The notes beneath the pieces were generated by a model. It ran no database searches, was not told the origin of the DNA, and saw only the letters and a list, made by a program, of their open reading frames with translations. The translations under genes were made by a program, and so were the position numbers. A stretch of 12,178 bases of DNA, from positions 1 through 12,178 of the forward strand of contig CAXTTL010000146.1 in the NCBI GenBank assembly GCA_964247135.1, written 5' to 3'. The DNA is from an uncultured Deinococcales bacterium (lineage in GTDB: Bacteria; Deinococcota; Deinococci; Deinococcales; JAAFIG01). Positions 1 to 7,418 of the stretch are shown here, piece after piece. Numbering within the stretch: the first letter of the stretch is position 1; the number at the start of each line of letters is the position of its first letter.

Positions 1-537
1 TTAACCGTAGAATTTTTTCCGTGGGGTGCGATCAAAATGCTCAGTCAAGACAAGACCCGTGAAAGTGTTGCCAACATTGAGTTCGATCCAGGTTTTCAAA
101 AACTCAGTCTGGCGCTCGAGCATCTCTTAAAAACGGGGCAACTTTCCCAAGCCGTAGAAATATTGGACGACTGGTTGATTCGTCGGTTTGGATTGGTCGC
201 GCCAGACATCACCCCTGCGATTTTTGCGGCTAGAGATATTATTGAAACCAAAGGGCAAACCAAAATTGAAACCCTCGCAGAAACCGTCGGTTTGAGCCGC
301 AGGCAACTCGAGCGTGGTTTCGGGCAAGATATTGGTTTCACACCCAAATTGCTATCGCGCCTGATTCGGTTTGAAGCGGCAACGCAGGAGCTTCAAAAAA
401 GCGAAACCCCGGATCTTTCACAGATTGCTTTTGAACTTGGGTTTTACGACCAATCGCATTTGACAAAAGAATTTCAAGTGTTTGGGCAGATCACACCGCT
501 GGCATTTTCAAAGCAGCGAATGGGTCCAGAAGGATAA
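1..537 (+). CDS. AraC-family transcriptional regulator, C-terminal part (5' truncated by window)
   Basis: Frame is open from base 1 (LTVEFFPWGAIKM...), so the true start is upstream. AraC double-HTH motifs are present: IETLAETVGLSRRQLERGF...IGFTPK and LSQIAFELGFYDQSHLTKEF. Confidence 0.9.
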   Translation, partial: LTVEFFPWGAIKMLSQDKTRESVANIEFDPGFQKLSLALEHLLKTGQLSQAVEILDDWLIRRFGLVAPDITPAIFAARDIIETKGQTKIETLAETVGLSRRQLERGFGQDIGFTPKLLSRLIRFEAATQELQKSETPDLSQIAFELGFYDQSHLTKEFQVFGQITPLAFSKQRMGPEG

Positions 538-551
538 ATAAAAAGTTTGTA

Positions 552-589
552 GCTCGAGAGAAACCACTGAACTGTGCCTTTTCTCGAGC
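552..589. repeat. Inverted repeat/hairpin built from two CTCGAG sites between araC and uraH
   Basis: GCTCGAGAGAA ... TTTTCTCGAGC with inner CAC/GTG pairing. No clear U-tract follows on +, so a terminator role is uncertain. Confidence 0.5.
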
Positions 590-603
590 CGCGACCTGCG
601 TTC

Positions 604-621
604 AAACCGTAAACTGGTTTC
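604..621 (+). promoter_or_regulatory. Leaderless-type -10 box (TAAACT) for uraH, inside an AAACC/GGTTT inverted repeat
   Basis: TAAACT at 610-615 lies 6 nt before ATG 622 and there is no Shine-Dalgarno. It is flanked by AAACC (604-608) and GGTTT (616-620). Confidence 0.65.
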
Positions 622-945
622 ATGGGTAAACTCACCACGCACGTTTTGGACACTTCCAGGGGCAAACCTGCTTCAAACCTCGAGATCAGGCTTTTTGATG
701 CAAGTCATGAACTCTTAAAAACCATTCGCACGAATGCCGACGGACGGGCTGATGCACCGTTGCTCGAGGGTGAAAGTTTGAAAACAGGAATGTACACGCT
801 CGAGTTTGAGGTGGGCGCGTATTTTGGAAGCGCGGACTTTTTAGGCGTTGTGCCGGTGCAATTTAGGGTTTCGGACGCGAACGCGCATTACCATGTGCCG
901 CTGCTGGTTTCGCCTTATGGTTACAGCACCTACAGGGGGAGCTGA
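622..945 (+). CDS. uraH: 5-hydroxyisourate hydrolase (transthyretin-like), cytoplasmic type
   Basis: Signature N-terminal [11 protein letters not shown] and C-terminal [18 protein letters not shown]. 107 aa, no signal peptide. Confidence 0.97.
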   Translation: MGKLTTHVLDTSRGKPASNLEIRLFDASHELLKTIRTNADGRADAPLLEGESLKTGMYTLEFEVGAYFGSADFLGVVPVQFRVSDANAHYHVPLLVSPYGYSTYRGS

Positions 946-2255
946 TGAGCCTCGAGAGCGTTTCAAGCGCAAACATCCTGGCATTGTCACAGCAAGCGCT
1001 CGAGCGTTGCGATGTGCTGGCATTGCACACCGAAGAACCTGGCAAGATCACGCGCACGTTCTTGTCCAAACCCGCGCGTGACGTGCAAGCCAAACTCGAG
1101 GCTTGGATGAAAGAGGCGGGTCTGTCAACTCGGGTGGACGCGGTTGGGAATGTGATTGGGCGGCTCGAGGGGAGTTCTCCAAGCGCCAAAACGTTGTTGA
1201 TCGGTTCGCACATTGACACCGTGCCAAATGCTGGGCGTTACGACGGCATTCTCGGCGTGATGCTGGGCATTGGGGCAGCAAAGGCGCTCGAGGGTCAAAA
1301 ACTGCCGTTCGCGCTCGAGGTGATCGCTTTTTCCGAAGAGGAAGGCGTGCGCTTTAACGTGCCGTTCATCGGTTCTAAGGCGGTGGTGGGTACGGTTGAC
1401 CGTACCTTGCTCGAGAAAACCGATGCTTTGGGAACCAGTGTCGCCCAGGCGATCATCGATTACGGCTTGAACCCAAATGACATTCCCAGCGCCGCCCACA
1501 AGCCCTCAGAACTGCTTGGTTACTTTGAGGTTCACATCGAGCAAGGTCCGATCCTCGAGAGCCGTCAAGCGCCCCTAGGACTCGTGGAAGCGATTGTTGG
1601 GCAGACGCGGGTCAACCTCGAGTTTCGGGGGCAAGCCGCGCACGCGGGGACAACCCCAATGAATTTGCGCAAAGACGCGCTGGTGGTCGCCGCCACGCTG
1701 GTGCTCGAGGCGGAGCGAATGGCGAGAACCATTCCTGGACTGGTCGCCACCGTCGGCACGCTCGAGGTCGAGAACGGCGCAGGAAATATTGTGCCAGGTC
1801 GGGTTCGCGCCAGCCTTGATGTCCGCCACAGCGATGATGCCACCCGAGAACGCGCCGTGGCGGATTTGCTCGATTTCACCTGGCACACGGGTCAAAAACG
1901 CAAGGTCAACTTGGAGCATCAGATCAAACTCGAGCAACGCGCCGTGCCGATGGATGGTTTATTAACCGAATTTCTTGCCGATGCGCTCGAGGATTGCGGT
2001 TTTAAAAACAAATCAAATATGCCCACGCTTCAAACCAGCCTCGAGAAAGTCGCCAGCGTTCACCGCCTGACCTCTGGGGCGGGACACGACGCCATGATTC
2101 TGGCGGGGTTGACTAAAGCCACCATGCTGTTTATCCGTTCGCCGCGCGGGTTGAGCCATCACCCAGACGAAGCCGTGATCCCAAACGATGTCAAAGCGGC
2201 GTTGACCGTGGTGCTCGAATTTTTGAGGAAGCTGACGCGCTGGCAAGCCAATTAA
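945..2255 (+). CDS. allC: Allantoate amidohydrolase / M20-family metal-dependent amidohydrolase
   Basis: Motifs GSHIDT, GRYDG, FSEEEG, EVHIEQGP, AHAGTTPM, SGAGHDA and SHHPDE. The TGATG overlap with uraH supports a purine-catabolic role; the exact substrate is inferred from context. Confidence 0.85.
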   Translation: MSLESVSSANILALSQQALERCDVLALHTEEPGKITRTFLSKPARDVQAKLEAWMKEAGLSTRVDAVGNVIGRLEGSSPSAKTLLIGSHIDTVPNAGRYDGILGVMLGIGAAKALEGQKLPFALEVIAFSEEEGVRFNVPFIGSKAVVGTVDRTLLEKTDALGTSVAQAIIDYGLNPNDIPSAAHKPSELLGYFEVHIEQGPILESRQAPLGLVEAIVGQTRVNLEFRGQAAHAGTTPMNLRKDALVVAATLVLEAERMARTIPGLVATVGTLEVENGAGNIVPGRVRASLDVRHSDDATRERAVADLLDFTWHTGQKRKVNLEHQIKLEQRAVPMDGLLTEFLADALEDCGFKNKSNMPTLQTSLEKVASVHRLTSGAGHDAMILAGLTKATMLFIRSPRGLSHHPDEAVIPNDVKAALTVVLEFLRKLTRWQAN

Positions 2256-2280
2256 AATCGGGGTCAGACGCTCGAGCCGT

Positions 2281-2763
2281 TCATTGCGATTGATTCTCGA
2301 TTGGTTCAGGTGTTTTTTCAAAAAGTCCTGGAACCCAAATGCCCAACAAACGCCGAATCCCCAATCGCAAACCCAGCACCCTGCCCAACATGATGCCCGC
2401 GCTGATGGCAAGCCCAACGGCGGCGACCTCGGAGGCATTTTGCACCCAAAGCCCAATCAGACGACTGCAAAGCAGCGAAAAAACAATATACGCCAGCAGA
2501 ATGATCGCGCCAATCCAGTCGATCCTCGAGACGACGGCACGGTTGTCTTCGTGCCAGGACAGTTTGTACATTCGGCTCAGCACCATGCCAATCACCACAC
2601 CCGTCAGCACCGCAAGAACTGCAATAACAAGCGGCAATCGCTTGTCAATCACGTCATACACGATGACACCCAACATGATGAGGGCAATGACCGAAAAAAT
2701 TCGCAATTGCGTTTTGAGTTTATTGTCAATATGAGGCAAGATTGCATCGCGTCGTGATTTCAT
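2281..2763 (-). CDS. Hypothetical integral membrane protein (about 4 TM helices)
   Basis: 160 aa with four long hydrophobic segments. A perfect TATAAT lies just upstream of the ATG. Confidence 0.8.
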   Translation of the reverse strand: MKSRRDAILPHIDNKLKTQLRIFSVIALIMLGVIVYDVIDKRLPLVIAVLAVLTGVVIGMVLSRMYKLSWHEDNRAVVSRIDWIGAIILLAYIVFSLLCSRLIGLWVQNASEVAAVGLAISAGIMLGRVLGLRLGIRRLLGIWVPGLFEKTPEPIENQSQ

Positions 2764-2768
2764 GAGGC

Positions 2769-2774
2769 ATTATA
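2769..2774 (-). promoter_or_regulatory. Consensus -10 box TATAAT, leaderless promoter
   Basis: Minus strand reads TATAAT-gcctc-ATG with no Shine-Dalgarno. Confidence 0.65.
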
Positions 2775-2828
2775 GGCAGTTCGCTCGAGCTTGATGGTAT
2801 CGGTTTTTGGATGCTCGTGCCGTGTTTT

Positions 2829-2865
2829 TTGAGGCGGCTGCCAGGTTGATTGAGGCGTCTGCAAG
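2829..2865. repeat. Tandem imperfect 16-bp direct repeat with 21-bp period
   Basis: TTGAGGCGGCTGCCAG (2829-2844) and TTGAGGCGTCTGCAAG (2850-2865), 14/16 identical. Confidence 0.6.
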
Positions 2866-2913
2866 AAAATTAAAACAAAAGAATTAAAACGTTAAGGCAA
2901 TCAAGAACAATGG

Positions 2914-2953
2914 AATAAAACAAGCTCGAGTCTGAAAAGAGTCTCGAGCTTGT
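2914..2953 (-). terminator. Rho-independent terminator of trxB
   Basis: Stem ACAAGCTCGAG (2920-2930) / CTCGAGCTTGT (2943-2953), followed on the minus strand by TTTTATT, about 35 nt past the trxB stop. Confidence 0.75.
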
Positions 2954-2986
2954 CCCAAAAACTTCAACTGGATTTTTGTATCAAAA

Positions 2987-3955
2987 TCAATCGGCTGCCA
3001 CCGCCACACCCGAGCTTGGTTGGACTAGCGCATGGTGATCCTCGAGGTCGGCGATGTACTTTTCGGCTTTCATGGCGGCTTTTGTACCAGCCCCAACGCT
3101 GGTGGACAACTGGCGGTAAATTTCGTCGCTGACATCGCCGGCGCTGTAAATGCCCTCTAAACTGGTGTAAATTTCGTCTTTGACCGCCACATAACCGTGG
3201 TTGTTCAACTCGAGCGTGCCCGCCAAAAAGCCGGTGTTCGGTTCGTGACCCACGTAAATAAACACGCCGTCGGTTGGCATGGTGCTGACCACACCAGTCT
3301 CGAGGTTTTTGACTTTGACGCCGGTCACGACGTCTTCGCCCAGCACCTCTTCGATCACGGTGTTCCAAACAAATTTCATTTTGGGATTCCTGAATGCACG
3401 GTCTTGCGCAACTTTATTGGCACGCAATTCCGTGCGGCGATGAACCACGGTCACAGTGTCGGCAAATTTGGTTAAAAACGTGCCCTCTTCGATGGCGGCA
3501 TCGCCACCGCCAACCACGATCACATGCTTGCCACGGTAGAAAAAACCGTCGCAGGTGGCACAGGTGCTGACGCCGCGCCCGTAAAACTTGTCCTCGCCTG
3601 GGACATTCAGGCGCTTTGGGTTCGCGCCCGTGGCAATGATCACGACTTTGGTGGTATAGGTTTTGTCGTAACCCTTTATGCTAAAACCGCCAGCAATTTT
3701 CTCGAGCGACATGACCTCATCAAAAACAATTTTTGCCCCGAATTTCTCGGCTTGCTGCACCATGCGGCTCGAGAGTTCGGGACCGGAGATCACGTCTGGA
3801 AAACCAGGGTAATTTTCGACCTCGTCGGTTTGTGCAATCTGCCCGCCAGGGTTGCCCTTCTCGAGGATGATGGTGTTTAAACTGCCGCGCCCGGCGTAAA
3901 TGCCTGCGGTCAAGCCTGCGGGTCCACCGCCAATGATTAAAACGTCGTATTCCAT
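2987..3955 (-). CDS. trxB: Thioredoxin-disulfide reductase
   Basis: FAD motif [11 protein letters not shown], active site [13 protein letters not shown] motif [12 protein letters not shown], and GDV. A GGAGG RBS lies 7 nt upstream. Confidence 0.97.
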   Translation of the reverse strand: MEYDVLIIGGGPAGLTAGIYAGRGSLNTIILEKGNPGGQIAQTDEVENYPGFPDVISGPELSSRMVQQAEKFGAKIVFDEVMSLEKIAGGFSIKGYDKTYTTKVVIIATGANPKRLNVPGEDKFYGRGVSTCATCDGFFYRGKHVIVVGGGDAAIEEGTFLTKFADTVTVVHRRTELRANKVAQDRAFRNPKMKFVWNTVIEEVLGEDVVTGVKVKNLETGVVSTMPTDGVFIYVGHEPNTGFLAGTLELNNHGYVAVKDEIYTSLEGIYSAGDVSDEIYRQLSTSVGAGTKAAMKAEKYIADLEDHHALVQPSSGVAVAAD

Positions 3956-4145
3956 TTCATTTCCTCCAAAGGTCGTACATCCTCAACAATCCAAAATACC
4001 AGTTTTCCTGGTGAGATGCAGTATTGAAAACCACTCGAGGTACGCAATCTCGAGCCTCAAAGTTCGATTCGCTCGAGTGAAAGCGATCTTCAACCTCCCG
4101 ACTCGGGAACTTTTTATTCTGAGCGGCACTCCAAGACAACAGAAC

Positions 4146-4165
4146 GATCTCGAGCGCTCGAGATC
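4146..4165. repeat. Perfect 20-bp palindrome made of two CTCGAG sites
   Basis: GATCTCGAGCGCTCGAGATC is its own reverse complement and lies in the divergent trxB/lipoprotein promoter region. Confidence 0.9.
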
Positions 4166-4257
4166 AATCGTCAAAAAATGATTCCAACGAACTGCTTTCA
4201 CCATCGACTCGAGTGGGTTGATGTGGCTCGAAATGGTCAATCAGGAGAACCTTTATC

Positions 4258-5475
4258 ATGCGAATTCAATTTTCGGTTGTTCTTATCAGCTCCGCCCTCA
4301 GCCTCGCCTCATGCTCGAGCAACACAGCCTTTCCGAGCACCTACACGCTCAACCCAGCCAGCAACAGCAATCAAATTGCAGCCTCTGGCTCGAGCGTCAA
4401 TGTCGCCGTGCAACTGGTCGATGTCGGTGGCGCTGGCGTGGGGAATATCAAATTGTCCGCGCTCGCCGATGTTCGCTATTGCACGGTCAGTCCAGCCGGT
4501 GCGACCACCGATGCCAGCGGCAACGCCTCGTTTAGCGTTACGGCACTCGGTATCACTGGCGTCAATTGCACCACTGGAATCACCGTGGTCGGGGCGAGCA
4601 CCTCACGTGCCACCGTCAACTTTGCGACCTTTATTCGCCCCGCCCAACGCGGACTGAGCGTTCCCGCCACGGTTGCCCTTCCAAACGGCGCTGCAACTGT
4701 GACCGATGCGGGGGCTGCCGCCTCGAGCATCAGTCTCTCGAGCATCGCCAATTTGCCAGCACCAGATTCCAACCATACTTACGGCGTCTATTTGGCAAAG
4801 CAAGACCTCAACGGCAACGTGACTGGGCAAACCTTGCTGGGCAAAACGGCGGTGCTTCCACCGCTGGCGGCTTTTGTTGGTCCAGTCAACCTTGCAAGTG
4901 GTGGTTACAACGTGCTCGAAGTGGCTTTGCAATCGGTGGGTGCGGGCAAGTTGGATGTCACCAATTCTGCCAGTTTGATCGGCAATTTCACGCCAGTCGC
5001 CGCCGGTACCGCCAATGTGACGCTTGGGGTCAATGCCGACGGTTTGCGGGTGACAACGCCTTTCAGCCTGCCCAGCGGCGCCAGCGCACAGATGACGCTG
5101 AGCAATCCCAACCTCAACCTTGGCGTGGCTGGTGACGGCATCAGTTTGGCTTGGTCTGGATTGCCACAAAATCCAGGTGGTTATTCGTATCTTGTCTACG
5201 CCACAGACGGCGCTGCCCTCACCTCACGCTTGGGTGCATTTACCTCAAACGGACGCAGTGGAACGTTTAAGTTTGAAAGCCAAGCCCCCGCCAACGGTGC
5301 AATTCCGAGCGGCATCACAGACCTAAAAACCAAATTTGATCGTGTCTTTGTGACCCTCGAGCCAACCAGCGCAGGCGATGGTGGCACAGCCAGCGGCACG
5401 CCTGGGACTTTGGTGGTGCTTGACAACGCCTCGAATGCTTGGACGTTTGCGACCACAAGCAGCGCTGAGCGTTAA
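4258..5475 (+). CDS. Predicted surface lipoprotein: Ig-like (Big_1-like) domain plus two RskA/anti-sigma-K C-terminal-like repeats
   Basis: AGGAG RBS. Signal peptide with lipobox LASC (Cys19). Ig-like motif ATTDASGNASFSVTA. Repeats LPAP...TYGVYL...LLG...LEVALQ and LPQN...SYLVYA...RLGAF...VFVTLEP. A/S/G/T/N-rich. Domain calls are by eye. Confidence 0.75.
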   Translation: MRIQFSVVLISSALSLASCSSNTAFPSTYTLNPASNSNQIAASGSSVNVAVQLVDVGGAGVGNIKLSALADVRYCTVSPAGATTDASGNASFSVTALGITGVNCTTGITVVGASTSRATVNFATFIRPAQRGLSVPATVALPNGAATVTDAGAAASSISLSSIANLPAPDSNHTYGVYLAKQDLNGNVTGQTLLGKTAVLPPLAAFVGPVNLASGGYNVLEVALQSVGAGKLDVTNSASLIGNFTPVAAGTANVTLGVNADGLRVTTPFSLPSGASAQMTLSNPNLNLGVAGDGISLAWSGLPQNPGGYSYLVYATDGAALTSRLGAFTSNGRSGTFKFESQAPANGAIPSGITDLKTKFDRVFVTLEPTSAGDGGTASGTPGTLVVLDNASNAWTFATTSSAER

Positions 5476-5504
5476 ATTTCTCGGGTTTTCAAACGCGTGA
5501 ATCG

Positions 5505-5544
5505 CAATGTTGGGAAAGTCGCTTGACTTTCCCAACATTGTCTT
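5505..5544 (+). terminator. Long perfect hairpin, probable terminator of the lipoprotein gene
   Basis: CAATGTTGGGAAAGTC-GCTT-GACTTTCCCAACATTG (16-bp perfect stem) 30 nt after the stop. Only a weak U-tract (TCTT) follows. Confidence 0.7.
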
Positions 5545-5663
5545 GCCCAAAAGCTGTGACTCGGGTTTCAAACACAGCTCTTGCACCACAGGCTCAAGCC
5601 GCAATCCAAATGAGAAACGCTTAAGATTGAGAGAAATGACCACCAGGACCCAAAAACTGCCTG

Positions 5664-5696
5664 TATACTTAACCAAGGTTGAGATTTACCGGAGGT
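5664..5696 (+). promoter_or_regulatory. -10 box and RBS for the 126-aa gene
   Basis: TATACT at 5664-5669, and GGAGGT at 5691-5696, 4 nt before ATG 5701. Confidence 0.6.
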
Positions 5697-5700
5697 AAGA

Positions 5701-6081
5701 ATGGGTTCAAAAACCGTAACACCTGTACTGGTCACTGAAACTTCGCTCGGAGAACTCGAGTTTTCGGCGCAAGAGGCGGTCGAACTTGCCGAAAACTTTA
5801 ACAAGCTGCCCATTTTGCAACAGGTCATTCGTTTTATGCGTGCCGTGGCAAGCGCCGGTCAAACCGAAGGCATCATGCCAATCGATGCCAAATGGGACAA
5901 GCACATTCAAGAGGTGGTCGAATGCGTTTTGTTCAGCCGTGGTTTTGAAGTCATCTGGAAACGCAAATTCATGGAATTCAGGATCAAACCGAGTTTGCGC
6001 AGGTCAATCAAACAGCAGATCAACGAACAATTTATTCCCGAGGTTCGCAATCCCACCATGCAAATCCCGTATCAGGCTTAA
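5701..6081 (+). CDS. Hypothetical protein (126 aa)
   Basis: Strong RBS and -10 box, fills the gap between two hairpins, and has globular alpha/beta-like composition. No family recognised. Confidence 0.75.
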   Translation: MGSKTVTPVLVTETSLGELEFSAQEAVELAENFNKLPILQQVIRFMRAVASAGQTEGIMPIDAKWDKHIQEVVECVLFSRGFEVIWKRKFMEFRIKPSLRRSIKQQINEQFIPEVRNPTMQIPYQA

Positions 6082-6093
6082 AGTTTTACCGCC

Positions 6094-6109
6094 AATGCTC
6101 GAGAGCATT
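6094..6109. terminator. Small hairpin between convergent genes (possible bidirectional terminator)
   Basis: AATGCT-CGAG-AGCATT, flanked by GTTTT and AAAAC. Confidence 0.45.
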
Positions 6110-6120
6110 CAAAACCATTT

Positions 6121-6717
6121 TTAGACCCGATCCCACCAGACAAAAACCACTCCAGGCTCGGGTTTTTCAGTGAACGTCCCAAACTTTTTGACCAACCACC
6201 CGAGTTGCCTTTTCACAAATTCGTGGTTGGTGTCGTAAAATCCCAAAATCATCCGTCCACCGCCCCGAGCCGCCGCAAACGCATTCTCGGCATAAGTTTG
6301 GTAAAGTGACCCGTTAAAATCCAGTCCGTCCCAGACGTTCCAGTAGACGTAATCAAAAGATTCTGGAAGTCCAAGTTCAACTCGGTCTGAAAGTCTCTCG
6401 AGCGAAAGTTGCGCAAAATGACTGGCGTATTCCGGCAGCAATGCCCGAGCCGTCTCGAGGCTGGCGGCGTCAATGTCAACACCGTATGGCGTGATCTGAT
6501 GCTCGCTCCAAAGTTGCAAACACGCCAGCAAAAATCCGTTGGCGCAACCAATGTCCAAAAGCGTCCCAGGCTTTTCAATGGCGCCGCAAATTGGTTTACG
6601 GTTTTTGACCCAATACTCGAGCAATTCCTCGATATTGCCACCACTGACGTGGCTGCCCTCGAGCAAGCTTTTGACGTTTGGGAAGGCGTTCAGTAATTCT
6701 TGCGCTTCGGGTTTCAT
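6121..6717 (-). CDS. Class I SAM-dependent methyltransferase
   Basis: Motif I LLDIGCANG, motif II YGVDID, then FDYVY and GGRMILG. The ATG overlaps the MerR stop (TGATG). Confidence 0.88.
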   Translation of the reverse strand: MKPEAQELLNAFPNVKSLLEGSHVSGGNIEELLEYWVKNRKPICGAIEKPGTLLDIGCANGFLLACLQLWSEHQITPYGVDIDAASLETARALLPEYASHFAQLSLERLSDRVELGLPESFDYVYWNVWDGLDFNGSLYQTYAENAFAAARGGGRMILGFYDTNHEFVKRQLGWLVKKFGTFTEKPEPGVVFVWWDRV

Positions 6718-7394
6718 CAGGCTGCCTTGGCGATTTTTTGTTCAAACTCGAGCGCTCGGGCGATACGTTGTTCAAGCTCGAGTTTTTTCTGCTCGAGTTT
6801 TTCGCGGGCGGCGCGGTATTCGCTCAAAAGTTCCTGCACCAAATTGCGGCGTTCTCGCTCAAGTTCGGGAGGATCAATCCAATGTTCGGATTCGTCAAGT
6901 CCGCTGGTGGTCGTCCAAAAACTGACGCGCTCAGAAATACGTTCGCCGTCAACCGTGCGCCCAACAAAGCCAATGCTGTGATCGATATCACTTTGCTGGC
7001 GCGGCTCGAGAAATCCTTTGAACAAAATCCCTTGGGCTTGACCTGCCTGTTTTCGGGCAACAATTTGCTCGAGACTCAAACCCAGATCAATCCATTGCCG
7101 TACCGATTCGGTCTGGGCGACGTTCACCACATGAAAACGGTATCTTGTGCCGACCAGCCACGGTTCGATCAAACCAAGCCGCACATAATGGCGCACGGTC
7201 GAAATCGGTAAATTCACCATTTTGCTGAACGCGCCAATCCCAACGCCTTTGGTGTCCATAAAGGCTCGAGCGTTGACTTGGGTGCCTGCCAGAAGCGTGA
7301 ACATACCGCGCATTTCGGGATCGTTTTCAAAATAATGGGCGTACTTTTGGGTTTGTTTGCGAAAACGCTCGGGACTGAGTTTGACCAAATCCAT
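6717..7394 (-). CDS. MerR-family transcriptional regulator with N-terminal extension (start re-assigned to ATG at 7394)
   Basis: MerR HTH IGAFSKMVNLPISTVRHYVRLGLIEP...RYRF...LGLSLEQI and a C-terminal coiled coil. An AGGAGG RBS precedes ATG 7394, and the ORF-track GTG at 7439 lies within the promoter spacer. Confidence 0.88.
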   Translation of the reverse strand: MDLVKLSPERFRKQTQKYAHYFENDPEMRGMFTLLAGTQVNARAFMDTKGVGIGAFSKMVNLPISTVRHYVRLGLIEPWLVGTRYRFHVVNVAQTESVRQWIDLGLSLEQIVARKQAGQAQGILFKGFLEPRQQSDIDHSIGFVGRTVDGERISERVSFWTTTSGLDESEHWIDPPELERERRNLVQELLSEYRAAREKLEQKKLELEQRIARALEFEQKIAKAA

Positions 7395-7418
7395 GATGAC
7401 CTCCTGTGCTCGGGTTCT

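Noticed and set aside
538-621. Purine/xanthine riboswitch upstream of uraH
   Set aside because: The region is only 84 bp, I recognise no aptamer consensus, and the -10 position implies a leaderless transcript.
4032-4214. CRISPR array suggested by recurring CTCGAG
   Set aside because: Only 6-8 bp are shared, spacing is irregular, there is no 23-47-bp repeat, and no cas genes are present.
3900-4240. Small ORFs in the trxB/lipoprotein intergenic region (3900-4181 +, 3957-4139 -, 3983-4240 -)
   Set aside because: No convincing RBS or leaderless promoter, no recognisable motifs, and they overlap each other. This is best read as a divergent promoter region.
5507-5698. 63-aa ORF between the lipoprotein and the 126-aa gene
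   Set aside because: It starts inside the terminator-like hairpin, has no RBS, and runs over the next gene's promoter.
6121-6717. The methyltransferases here (also 11674-12178) as the DNA methylase for CTCGAG
   Set aside because: No (D/N/S)PP(Y/F) or PCQ catalytic motif is visible, and both look like small-molecule class I enzymes. The second is only partly visible.
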